IMG/VR virus record: IMGVR_UViG_3300010259_000001
Location: 2,040-66,039 of that record
Length of the DNA: 64,000 nt
Source: a virus
Direction: 5' to 3' (one strand)
Position numbers and translations under genes: made by a program. The notes beneath the pieces are model-generated. The model was not told the origin of the DNA and did not search any database. It saw nothing but the letters and a program-made list of their open reading frames with translations. Positions 26,871 through 34,476 of the stretch are shown here, in pieces; position 1 is the first letter of the stretch; every line of letters starts with the position of its first letter.

Positions 26871-28031
26871 TTATCTTCTGCTTGGTGGTGTATTATTGTT
26901 ATTGTTTCTTCTGCTTGGAGGTGTGTTGTCTTCGGAAGTGGTTACGCCACCGATGGCACGCAAAGCACTCTGCACGTTCGGGTCGTCGATGTTTGAACCA
27001 ATCCAGTCCATCATTTGGTCGGCTGAAACAGGCGTTGTCTGTCCTGTTGAGACATTGTAACCTCCAGTCGGGCGACCTGCGGACGGTGTTTTGCTGAACA
27101 CATACGAGATATTGTGCTGGTTCAGTCGGGTGTTAGGAATGCGAACCATGCCATTGCCCGAATAGAACTCAGTATATTTACCGTCCTGCGATGCAGCAAA
27201 ACGCTGACGTTCCAAGCCCTCTGATGACTTATTGTGCCGTCTCGTTTCGGCAATACCAGCAGCTTGAAGTCTCTCAGATGCCCGATTGTGACGTTCATGC
27301 TCCTTGGAGGTGACATCAAACTGACGCTGGTTCTCATCGAAACCTTTCTGCCAGTGCTCGTTGTCGGTGTCAAACTTCTTGTCGCGGAAAGCCACATCGT
27401 CGGCACGGTCTTTGCGACCTGCGTCAAACTGCTGCTGCCAGTTGCTCTGCTGCTGTTCTGCTTGTGTGACACGGAAATTGAAGTCGCGGTCTTTGTCCTT
27501 GATGTTGCCGAGGGTGATGGCGTAATTCACCAGCCTGTCATTGTCCTTGTCGCGCTGTGCCTTGGCTTTCTCAAACAGTTCTTTGGCTTTTGCCGACATT
27601 TTAGGCATATCCATAGCCTTGATGCCACGCGCATGAGAAAACGCCGTGTGGAATGTTCCCAAACCCTCAGCGAGCCTTGCGAGGAAGCCTACACGTTTTT
27701 CGCGCTTCTCTCGTTTCTCTCGCTCCTCTTTTGTCTCGGGCTTGATTGCATCCATCTGACCACGCAAGAACTCCTCCAGTTCTGCGTAATTGTTACCCTT
27801 GAACTGTGCGTATGGGCTTGTTACCGTCGTGGTAGTGGTTGTTGATGAAGATGAAGAACCGTTGTTGTCATTCAGTGTAGGAGTGGCAAGCGATGGAGGG
27901 GCAGGTGTGCCGTTTCCTCCATCGTCCTGTGTAGGGGTCGCTCCGGGCTGTTGCCCATCATCATTCTGTGAGAAATCGTAGAATGACGTTGCACCTCGCG
28001 GTATTGTCGTTCCAAATGGGTTTGTTGCCAT
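26871..28031 (-). CDS. hypothetical protein (internal virion protein-like composition)
   Basis: 386 aa, ATG verified. The stop is 6 nt before the giant gene start. It has a Ser/Thr/Asn-rich N-terminus, a highly charged core (KREKREKR, RDKDNDR), and a C-terminal NTPPSRR x2. Confidence 0.65.
   Translation of the reverse strand: MATNPFGTTIPRGATSFYDFSQNDDGQQPGATPTQDDGGNGTPAPPSLATPTLNDNNGSSSSSTTTTTTVTSPYAQFKGNNYAELEEFLRGQMDAIKPETKEEREKREKREKRVGFLARLAEGLGTFHTAFSHARGIKAMDMPKMSAKAKELFEKAKAQRDKDNDRLVNYAITLGNIKDKDRDFNFRVTQAEQQQSNWQQQFDAGRKDRADDVAFRDKKFDTDNEHWQKGFDENQRQFDVTSKEHERHNRASERLQAAGIAETRRHNKSSEGLERQRFAASQDGKYTEFYSGNGMVRIPNTRLNQHNISYVFSKTPSAGRPTGGYNVSTGQTTPVSADQMMDWIGSNIDDPNVQSALRAIGGVTTSEDNTPPSRRNNNNNTPPSRR
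26874..26924. repeat. 18-bp direct repeat (1 mismatch) at 3' end of the 386-aa gene
   Basis: tcttctgcttggtggtgt (26874-26891) and tcttctgcttggaggtgt (26907-26924). Both encode NTPPSRR. Confidence 0.8.
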
Positions 28032-28052
28032 GATGTTATAGTGTTTACGTGA

Positions 28053-28553
28053 TTATCCAAGTCCCATGCCACTGGCAAAGCCGTTAGCGGCTCCACCGAT
28101 AGCGTTACTTACCATGCCGAAGCCATCAACCTTACCTGCTTCGAGTTCGCGCAACTTCTCGTCAAGTTGGTGCTGTCTCTCGCGGTACTGACCCTCAATC
28201 TGGTCTTTGCGCTGTGCGCCAGCAACTGCAATCTGACTGGTAGCGTCTGACAACGCTTTTGCATTAGCCTCTTTCGCTGCTGCTGTACTCTCCTCGGTGC
28301 CACCCATCACGGCTTGCACTCCTGCCGACTGCTGGTTACGTCGCCTTATCATGTCTGCTGTCTGCGTGAGAATGGCTTGCGCGTCGGCTCGCTGGGTTGC
28401 GTCCTCATTATACCTGCGGTCGTACCAGTCTTGGTTCTCGCGCTTCTGCTCGTTAATCATGTTACTCATTTTCTTCAGCATCTTGTTCTTGCTGATGCCT
28501 CCGAAGATGCCACCAAGCGCACCTGCTGCGCCTCCTATAATTCCGCCTAACAT
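28053..28553 (-). CDS. glycine-zipper protein, first gene of head operon
   Basis: 166 aa, ATG verified. N-terminus MLGGIIGGAAGALGGIFGG and C-terminus AIGGAANGFASGMGLG flank a charged helical core. Confidence 0.65.
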   Translation of the reverse strand: MLGGIIGGAAGALGGIFGGISKNKMLKKMSNMINEQKRENQDWYDRRYNEDATQRADAQAILTQTADMIRRRNQQSAGVQAVMGGTEESTAAAKEANAKALSDATSQIAVAGAQRKDQIEGQYRERQHQLDEKLRELEAGKVDGFGMVSNAIGGAANGFASGMGLG

Positions 28554-28612
28554 ACTGTATGTCTTTTTAATTAGTGAAACAAAACTTATAAGTCATGTGC
28601 GAAATTACAACC

Positions 28613-28620
28613 TTATCTTT
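28613..28620 (+). promoter_or_regulatory. Bacteroidota-type -7 box TATCTTTG
   Basis: Exact TAnnTTTG match 29 nt upstream of the ATG at 28649. The same octamer occurs at 32242. Confidence 0.45.
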
Positions 28621-28648
28621 GCACCATCATTTTAAGTTTTGATTTACT

Positions 28649-29014
28649 ATGCCACGCAAAGCAGGAGATGGACGCGGACGGCTCGGCGGTCGTGCCGCAG
28701 GAACACCCAACAAAGACAAGCCATTGAAGACGTTTCTCCGACAACACTCGGTGCAATACTTCACACCCAGCATCGAGGAAAAGGACGATAAAGGAAACAA
28801 GACAGGGCAACTGGTCTCGCAGTTTGACATTGACTGCAAGACACTTGACCCGGAAAGCCGTGTCGATGCCGAAATAAAACTATTGAAGTTCCACACGCCT
28901 CAGATGCAGTCAACAAGCGTTGACATGACAATCGTCGATGAAAACAGGACGCTATCTGAACGCATTGCACGCCTCGCTGCTGGCGAAGACATTGCTTCGC
29001 CGTCTGAGGAGTAA
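28649..29014 (+). CDS. hypothetical basic protein (DNA-binding / small-terminase candidate, speculative)
   Basis: 121 aa. N-terminus MPRKAGDGRGRLGGRAAGTPNKDKP, followed by KLLKFHTPQMQS. Stand-alone gene between the divergent promoter and a terminator. Confidence 0.55.
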   Translation: MPRKAGDGRGRLGGRAAGTPNKDKPLKTFLRQHSVQYFTPSIEEKDDKGNKTGQLVSQFDIDCKTLDPESRVDAEIKLLKFHTPQMQSTSVDMTIVDENRTLSERIARLAAGEDIASPSEE

Positions 29015-29043
29015 TCCTTACTACTGTTTACTGTATTTAGTAT

Positions 29044-29074
29044 AAAACCGCTGGGCAATCGCTCAGCGGTTTTA
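29044..29074. terminator. intrinsic terminator (bidirectional-looking)
   Basis: aaaaCCGCTGgGC-aatc-GCtCAGCGGtttt: 9-bp stem with 1 mismatch, A-run before and T-run after. Confidence 0.7.
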
Positions 29075-29095
29075 TTATGCTACAAAGACAACTTA

Positions 29096-29283
29096 GTTAT
29101 AACTAACTTATAACACACTTATATATAATAATGTATTAGTTACGACATGAGTTATAACTGACTGAAATTTGTAATCTCACAATTATTCTGAAACATGGCG
29201 AAAGAACTACGGAAACACCTAATTATTGTGCTTTTCGTTGGCTCTGAATATCAACAAGTTAATAACTCACTTATAACTCACTT
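29096..29283. repeat. TTATAAC(T/A) repeat cluster; attP arm-site candidate
   Basis: GTTATAACT at 29096 and 29151; CTTATAACA at 29107; CTTATAACT at 29270; degenerate copies at 29258 and 29292. Includes the 11-bp tandem ATAACTCACTT x2 (29262-29283). AT-rich non-coding DNA downstream of int. Confidence 0.5.
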
Positions 29284-29300
29284 ACACTTTTTGTATAACA

Positions 29301-29320
29301 AGTAAAGAAAAGTAAAGAAA
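29301..29320. repeat. 10-bp tandem repeat AGTAAAGAAA x2
   Basis: Read directly from the sequence. Confidence 0.8.
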
Positions 29321-29356
29321 AGAAATTTTCTTATTCTCGTCGTCGCCGCGCACGTA

Positions 29357-29370
29357 CACACGCGCGTGTG
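29357..29370. repeat. perfect 14-bp palindrome CACACGCGCGTGTG (alternating Pu/Py)
   Basis: Self-complementary. Embedded in a ~35-bp GC-rich island inside an AT-rich region, next to the int terminator. Confidence 0.8.
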
Positions 29371-29380
29371 AGAAGATTTC

Positions 29381-29411
29381 AAAAAAAGGCTTCGCTTTTA
29401 TGGAGAAGCCT
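29381..29411 (-). terminator. intrinsic terminator of integrase gene
   Basis: AGGCTTC-(11 nt)-GAAGCCT, followed on the minus strand by T7 (plus-strand a7 at 29381-29387). It starts 10 nt after the int stop. Confidence 0.7.
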
Positions 29412-29420
29412 GTATCGTGG

Positions 29421-30902
29421 TTAGAAACCTTTGCCTTTCTGACGCTCATAGACGGCAACCTTGCCGTTGTCGCAGTTGACAATCTTGAATTGGACTATTG
29501 AGCGAGGAGGAATGTCCGATGGCAGTCCTTTCACCAGTCGCGCAATCACCTCGTCGATGTTTGAGCAACCAATGTCCTCAAAACTGGTGAGGCACTTGCC
29601 TTGAAAGAAAGCTGCTGCCTTGATGAGCATCTTCGGTGACAGACGGAACACGCTGCTTTCCTCCTCCTGCGCAGCCTGTTTGCTGGCTTGGTCAGAGAAG
29701 AAGATAAAATCAACAACACGCTCGTTCAGTTCCCATGCAGGTGTGAAGTCCAGTTTGATGTATCCGCGAGTGATGCGGTGTCCTGCACTATGGTTCATGC
29801 CGAAAGCAACCTCAGATATGGACGCGCCGCAATCGTTCTGCGCCACCGTTCCCCATGTGTGACGGAAAGTATAGACGCAATACCAGTTCTCCTTTGCAAT
29901 GCCCATGCTCTCACAAATCTTTCGGATGCCTATGTTTACGTTCGCGCTGAAACTGTCGCTGGTGGTGTGCCTGTCATGGAAGTTGAACAGCCATTCACTG
30001 CCTGGTACTGAAGCATACTTCTCAAACAACGGCTTGATAATCTCCGGCACACGCATTTCAAAGTATGCTCCATCAGAACGGCTGCGCATGGTCTTCGCAC
30101 GCTTGTAGTGGATGATGCCACCGTGATAGTCCTCCCTGCGCAGGTTGTATAAATCGACCGTGTTGATGCCTCCAAGACACAATACCATCATGGCTACGTC
30201 TCGACCAAGTTCGGGCAACGGCAACTTCATCTTGCTTTCGGGCAGGGGAGAAGAAAAGAACCTGCGGCACTCCTCCGCACTGATGGCTCGCTTCTCGGGA
30301 CGATCTGCATGTGGTATCTTCACCTTTACCCACGGATTGGTCTTCACTCTGATAAGCCCGGTGTCATAGTCGTTCAGTTCCTCGATGGCTGCGCGAAACA
30401 CCTGCCTAATGCACACAGGATACATTTCCTTTGCCCTGTTCGTCTGTTCCAAACTCTTTATCCACTTCGCCACGTTCGTTGAGGTCAGCATAGAGAACTT
30501 CACTTTGGTGGTGCCAAAGTAACGCTCCATGTGCTGGAGTGCCAACTCGTAGTTTTTAGCGTTCCTCGCCTGTCCGTTGTTGATGAGCCTGTCAATGTGC
30601 CGTCGCGCATAGTCAGAGAAGCACAAGTCCTCCTCACCCTTTTGTAGGTAGTCCACAACCATTCGTGCAGTCCAGTTGCGAGTGTCCGTCTTGTTCAACT
30701 TCGCATTATAGTCAAGAATGAGCGCAGTGCAGAACTGCATCACTACAGGGTCGGTGATTTCCTTGCTCCTTGACAACTCACGCTTCGTTACCATCTTGTC
30801 CGTCTTGATGTACTGTGTCGTGCGGTTGTGCGTCACTCTGATATAGACAGGAAAGAACCCGTCATTGCGCATCTTCTGTACGCATGCTTTCAGTGTTGCC
30901 AT
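29421..30902 (-). CDS. int: tyrosine recombinase / phage integrase
   Basis: 493 aa. Bacteroidota-style N-terminal arm-binding region (FFPVYIRVTHNRTTQYIKT). Catalytic box YCVYTFRHTWGTVAQN and ...NHSAGHRITRGYI. Confidence 0.9.
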   Translation of the reverse strand: MATLKACVQKMRNDGFFPVYIRVTHNRTTQYIKTDKMVTKRELSRSKEITDPVVMQFCTALILDYNAKLNKTDTRNWTARMVVDYLQKGEEDLCFSDYARRHIDRLINNGQARNAKNYELALQHMERYFGTTKVKFSMLTSTNVAKWIKSLEQTNRAKEMYPVCIRQVFRAAIEELNDYDTGLIRVKTNPWVKVKIPHADRPEKRAISAEECRRFFSSPLPESKMKLPLPELGRDVAMMVLCLGGINTVDLYNLRREDYHGGIIHYKRAKTMRSRSDGAYFEMRVPEIIKPLFEKYASVPGSEWLFNFHDRHTTSDSFSANVNIGIRKICESMGIAKENWYCVYTFRHTWGTVAQNDCGASISEVAFGMNHSAGHRITRGYIKLDFTPAWELNERVVDFIFFSDQASKQAAQEEESSVFRLSPKMLIKAAAFFQGKCLTSFEDIGCSNIDEVIARLVKGLPSDIPPRSIVQFKIVNCDNGKVAVYERQKGKGF

Positions 30903-30956
30903 AATCTGTGTTCCTATCGTTTTTTGTTACACATCTGTATCTTGTTGTTATCTCGG

Positions 30957-31034
30957 TCATTCTGAACTCTAAACACGCTCTAAACATGGGGTCTGAAAAC
31001 TCGCAACTTTCTCTAAACATTTCCGTTCATTCTG
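30957..31034. repeat. direct repeats upstream of int: CTCTAAACA x3 and TCATTCTG x2
   Basis: CTCTAAACA at 30967, 30978 and 31011. TCATTCTG at 30957 and 31027. Confidence 0.7.
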
Positions 31035-31074
31035 CTCATTTTACGTGTAGGAATGAACTAACCTCCATTTACGA

Positions 31075-31118
31075 AGTTAGGCGGAAGTCCCTTTGTTTTC
31101 GGGGCTTACCGCCTAACT
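31075..31118. other. 44-nt imperfect hairpin (16 paired positions)
   Basis: AGTTAGGCGG-AAG-t-CCC [tttgttttc] GGG-g-CTT-a-CCGCCTAACT. No flanking T-run on either strand. Confidence 0.6.
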
Positions 31119-31208
31119 CGCTTAGTTTCAAGTTCCGTCGATTATTCCTCTACGGCTGCCTGCGCCGCTCTTTTTGGAGCCTCAAAATAAGCGAGTTTGC
31201 GGTTTTCT

Positions 31209-31589
31209 CTAATCAATGCCTAATTCATTCATTTTAGTTGTCAGGTCGTAATACATCTGAACGGATGCGTCTGTTGCAAATGCCTCTGCCCATGTCTTGA
31301 AGTCGTATTCCAGTCCGCTGACCTCATCAAGGTATGGACTATCCCAAAGGTCTTCCAATGAGGCGTAGGCTTCTGCCGGGTCTTTGCCGTATGCGTCCAC
31401 CACTTCTGTTCCATATTGCTCAACGAGTATCCTTGCCCAATCGCTTTGCTCGCAACCGGGATTGAGACTCAACACCTCGAACGCTGCGGCTTTTAATTCC
31501 TCCAACGTATCATCCTGCTCATTCGCCTCCGTTACGGCTTTCATCAGCATGGACAACTTGCGAAATGCGATGTCTTCTTTACTGCTCAT
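31209..31589 (-). CDS. highly acidic hypothetical protein (lysogeny-operon cargo)
   Basis: 126 aa. By my count about 28 D/E versus 9 K/R. ATGA-coupled to the upstream gene. Confidence 0.65.
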   Translation of the reverse strand: MSSKEDIAFRKLSMLMKAVTEANEQDDTLEELKAAAFEVLSLNPGCEQSDWARILVEQYGTEVVDAYGKDPAEAYASLEDLWDSPYLDEVSGLEYDFKTWAEAFATDASVQMYYDLTTKMNELGID

Positions 31590-31816
31590 GGTGCAATTGG
31601 GCTTCTTAGCGTATATGGGTTTGCGGTCTTATAGTGTCCTGCACTATCGGGAACAAGAAGTTCTTTAGTCCATGTATCCATGACCACTACACCGCCAATA
31701 GTTTTATATCTATGATTAAGCGCATTAAGGTACAGACCGCCAAAGAATGCTGCTAACAGCAACGCTATGACGATATATCGAAAAGGCTTAAATGTCTGTA
31801 CACGTTCTTCGCTCAT
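31586..31816 (-). CDS. single-pass membrane protein
   Basis: 76 aa, with hydrophobic segment YIVIALLLAAFFGGLYL. ATGA-coupled to the repressor gene. Confidence 0.6.
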   Translation of the reverse strand: MSEERVQTFKPFRYIVIALLLAAFFGGLYLNALNHRYKTIGGVVVMDTWTKELLVPDSAGHYKTANPYTLRSPIAP

Positions 31817-32160
31817 CGTTCCATCAATATTTTTATTGTACGTTCCTTTTCCTCCAGCAATTTCTCCAACAACGCCACACGTTCTTGAAGTACAGCATTA
31901 TTGCTACCGGCAATGTTGTTATTGCCAGCAATGGAAACACCACCGTGGTCTGATATTGTTACATTCGCTGGTTCAATTGGATAGAATAACGACATATTTT
32001 CACCCAATGCTTCTGCAATGCGTTCCAGCAAACTTGATTTAATGTCGGCAGCAGCAAGCATTTGGTTAAATGATTGCTGCGACACGCCAAGCAGTTTCGC
32101 TATCTGAGATTGCGAAACCTTCTTCTCATAGAGAATTTCTTTTAGCCTATTGCCTGTCAT
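31813..32160 (-). CDS. XRE/CI-like HTH repressor
   Basis: 115 aa. HTH KVSQSQIAKLLGVSQQSFNQMLA. C-terminal heptad-like LLEKLLEEKERTIKIL. Divergent from the early operon. Confidence 0.8.
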   Translation of the reverse strand: MTGNRLKEILYEKKVSQSQIAKLLGVSQQSFNQMLAAADIKSSLLERIAEALGENMSLFYPIEPANVTISDHGGVSIAGNNNIAGSNNAVLQERVALLEKLLEEKERTIKILMER

Positions 32161-32162
32161 GA

Positions 32163-32241
32163 AACAATACTTTTATTGTTAATAATTCTTAAATCTACAA
32201 AGAAAAACAAGTATTTTGTTGTTGATTACAATACTTTTATT
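32163..32241. promoter_or_regulatory. operator candidates in the divergent switch region
   Basis: Palindrome AACAATA-cttt-TATTGTT (32163-32180). The 14-bp direct repeat ACAATACTTTTATT occurs at 32164 and 32228. AACAA-gtatt-TTGTT lies at ~32206-32220. Confidence 0.5.
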
Positions 32242-32249
32242 TATCTTTG
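32242..32249 (+). promoter_or_regulatory. early rightward promoter -7 box TATCTTTG
   Basis: Exact TAnnTTTG. TTTG at 32215-32218 is a possible -33 element. The second operator copy abuts the box. Confidence 0.5.
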
Positions 32250-32334
32250 TGTCGTGTTTAAGCCTCGTTGCTGTGCAACTGGCTTGATTTCAAACTTCAA
32301 AGGTAAGCATTTTTAATTAAATAAACGAAAGAAA

Positions 32335-32559
32335 ATGGCAAAATCTGAATTTCGCGTCGTTCGAGAAACGCAAGTTAACACTCCCGAAAGCCTTTTGACG
32401 GTCGAAAAGGGGGAAACGGTAAAAGTATCGTGCAAGGATTTCTCGCCTTACAGCACGGTAAAGAGTGCAGCCACACGTCTTAACCAGCGTGCTGGCTGTG
32501 TTGAGTTTGAGATAACCACACCCGACAACGGTGCAACTATCATCATCAAAAGAAACTAA
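32335..32559 (+). CDS. hypothetical protein, first early gene
   Basis: 74 aa, ATG verified. I recognise no motif. Confidence 0.55.
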   Translation: MAKSEFRVVRETQVNTPESLLTVEKGETVKVSCKDFSPYSTVKSAATRLNQRAGCVEFEITTPDNGATIIIKRN

Positions 32560-32561
32560 TC

Positions 32562-32786
32562 ATGAAAGAATTGTTCACTCCATTCAGAAACTGGCGCGTT
32601 ATCGTGCTTGCAGTGCTTGTGATGGTCGCTGCCGTGTTCATTCTCGGCGACTGCGACGACATGGGTTATCTACTGTTTACAAAGGGTGTTGGCTTCGGTC
32701 TCGCCTACATCATCTATCGTCTTGGCAAGTATTGGGATGCCAAGGGCAAAATCAATGAGTTAACAGCACTCGCAGAAGAAGAATAA
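32562..32786 (+). CDS. small membrane protein
   Basis: 74 aa with two hydrophobic segments (VIVLAVLVMVAAVFIL; GVGFGLAYIIY). Confidence 0.55.
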   Translation: MKELFTPFRNWRVIVLAVLVMVAAVFILGDCDDMGYLLFTKGVGFGLAYIIYRLGKYWDAKGKINELTALAEEE

Positions 32787-32788
32787 CC

Positions 32789-33064
32789 ATGAGTACCTAT
32801 ATCCAGTTTCCCGACAAGGTGGTGTCATACGACACGTTCATGGACGACCTTTCATCGCGCATAGTTCGCAAGATGCAGCGTGCGGAGGCAGACCCTAAGA
32901 CAGTCAGCCAACGAAAGGCTTACTCCATCTTCGGACGTGCCAATGTTGACCGCTGGCGCAAGGAGGGACGCATACATCCTTGCAAGCGTCCGGGCAAAGT
33001 GGAGTATTGCATGGCAGACTTACGACTTCTTCAGCAGACGCAACAAGATTACTTCAAACGCTAA
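32789..33064 (+). CDS. excisionase-like / HTH_17-like DNA-binding protein candidate
   Basis: 91 aa. QRKAYSIFGRANVDRWRKEGRIHPCKRPGKVEYCMADL resembles MerR/Xis-type winged HTH. Confidence 0.45.
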   Translation: MSTYIQFPDKVVSYDTFMDDLSSRIVRKMQRAEADPKTVSQRKAYSIFGRANVDRWRKEGRIHPCKRPGKVEYCMADLRLLQQTQQDYFKR

Positions 33065-33069
33065 CGAAT

Positions 33070-33318
33070 ATGGATTACGCAATTTACAAAACTACCAACG
33101 GCAAGCACCCTCGCGTTATTCACCGCTTCACACAGGAGGCTTGCAACCACAAGGCAAAAGCCGCTGCGCGTGAAAAACTGAATGACATGTGGCTCCGCGT
33201 CCTCCAGCGTCCGATGCTCCATCACAACCCCAAAGGTACAAAGGACGATTTCCAGTACGACTATATGACGAGCGTGAACACCTCTGAGTGCATCCGCTTC
33301 TACATAGACAAATTATAA
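33070..33318 (+). CDS. hypothetical protein
   Basis: I chose the internal ATG at 33070 (MDYAIYKTTNG...) of ORF 32980..33318 because it avoids overlap with the preceding gene. Confidence 0.5.
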   Translation: MDYAIYKTTNGKHPRVIHRFTQEACNHKAKAAAREKLNDMWLRVLQRPMLHHNPKGTKDDFQYDYMTSVNTSECIRFYIDKL

Positions 33319-33341
33319 GTTAAACCATTAAACGTATCAAC

Positions 33342-34313
33342 ATGAGCCAAATCACTCTCACCGTCGAGCAGCTTAATGAAATGCAGCCCCTCGACATCGT
33401 AACGTCGCCTATCGTTCGCGACAAGTTCATCAACATCTATGATACCCTTTGGGGTAATGGAACAGGTGAAGCAGCCTACGAGCGCGAAAGCAACTACTTC
33501 AACAAGTTGCTGCGCGATACACCCGACCTGCAAAAAGGCACTCACTTCTCTTTGTTTACAGCGTTTATCGACCTCGCAGTGTGTGGTCTATCGCTTGAAA
33601 AAGGTACACGCGCCTTGTGCTACCTTATCGGACGCAACCAAAAGACAACTCCAAAACTCGACCAGCAAGGCAGACCTTTGAAAGACCAAAAGGGCTACAT
33701 CATCTACAACTGGGAGGGTCGCGTTGTTCTCACTATCTCTGCTTACGGCGAACTGGTGCTGCGCGAACGTGCCGGACAAATACGTCATGCCGACAACCCG
33801 GTACTGGTGTATGCCAACGACGAGTTTTCTTTCTCTGATAAGAATGGACGTAAGGAAGTGGAATATGTTTGCCACCTGCCTCACACTGGTCAGCGTATCG
33901 TGGCTTGCTACCTCCGTATCACTCGCGCTGATGGGAGCATCGACTACTCTGTCATGACAGAAGAAGACTGGGTGCGCCTCGCTCAGTACAGCGCACGTCA
34001 GAACAAGAATGGCGGTGCCAATGCTCTCTATGGAGTTGACCAGCAAGGTGTGGTCAACATTGACAGTGGTTTCCTCATGGCGAAGTGTATCAAACACGCT
34101 TTCAAGACTTATCCAAAAGTCCGTATTGGACGTGGTACTGAATTGCAGAGCCAGCAGGTTGAGGAGAAAGAAATTGAAATCAACGACGATTTGTATGGTG
34201 TTGACACCGAGACTGGCGAGGTCATGCAGCCAGAGCCACAGCCGTTCGGACCTCCTGCCAACGACGTTTCTGCAGGTGTAACTGTAGATGCCGGTGACGA
34301 TGATGGCTTCTAA
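33342..34313 (+). CDS. recT: RecT-family single-strand annealing protein candidate
   Basis: 323 aa. FSLFTAFIDLAVCGLSLEKGTRALCYLIGR and YGELVLRERAGQIRHADNPVLVYANDEFSF resemble conserved RecT blocks. Confidence 0.6.
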   Translation: MSQITLTVEQLNEMQPLDIVTSPIVRDKFINIYDTLWGNGTGEAAYERESNYFNKLLRDTPDLQKGTHFSLFTAFIDLAVCGLSLEKGTRALCYLIGRNQKTTPKLDQQGRPLKDQKGYIIYNWEGRVVLTISAYGELVLRERAGQIRHADNPVLVYANDEFSFSDKNGRKEVEYVCHLPHTGQRIVACYLRITRADGSIDYSVMTEEDWVRLAQYSARQNKNGGANALYGVDQQGVVNIDSGFLMAKCIKHAFKTYPKVRIGRGTELQSQQVEEKEIEINDDLYGVDTETGEVMQPEPQPFGPPANDVSAGVTVDAGDDDGF

Positions 34314-34476
34314 CGAGAGAAAAGAAAGCGTGTGCAAAGGATGCCCGCAAGCCTATCGCGCTATCAACGGTCTCTTTTGCTCACGCCTACACAGATACGT
34401 AGAGTATTGCATGGTTCAACCTTGCACAAACATTTTTCAATCCACAAAACAGGTATCATCATGGCAACAGAAATAA
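34303..34476 (+). CDS. small Cys-rich protein (57 aa), possible zinc ribbon
   Basis: MASNERKESVCKGCPQAYRAINGLFCSRLHRYVEYCMVQPC... Bridges the RecT stop and the next gene start. Start choice is uncertain (34288, 34300 or 34303). Confidence 0.3.
   Translation: MASNERKESVCKGCPQAYRAINGLFCSRLHRYVEYCMVQPCTNIFQSTKQVSSWQQK

Noticed and set aside
6735-26996. Many long + strand ORFs inside the giant gene (for example 19647..21212 at 521 aa, 13524..14573 at 349 aa, 14856..15782, 9537..10439)
   Set aside because: All are antisense shadows of a frame with strong enzyme motifs. They have low-complexity, Cys/His/Leu-rich sequences and no independent start context.
31075-31118. The hairpin considered as a tRNA fragment marking attP
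   Set aside because: There is no T-loop (GTTCGAATC-like) sequence, acceptor/anticodon geometry or CCA context.
30908-31237. 109-aa + ORF in the int upstream region
   Set aside because: It runs through repeat and hairpin DNA, has an odd composition, and overlaps the end of the acidic-protein gene.
33588-34337. 249-aa minus-strand ORF
   Set aside because: It is antisense to the RecT-like gene, which has recognisable conserved blocks.
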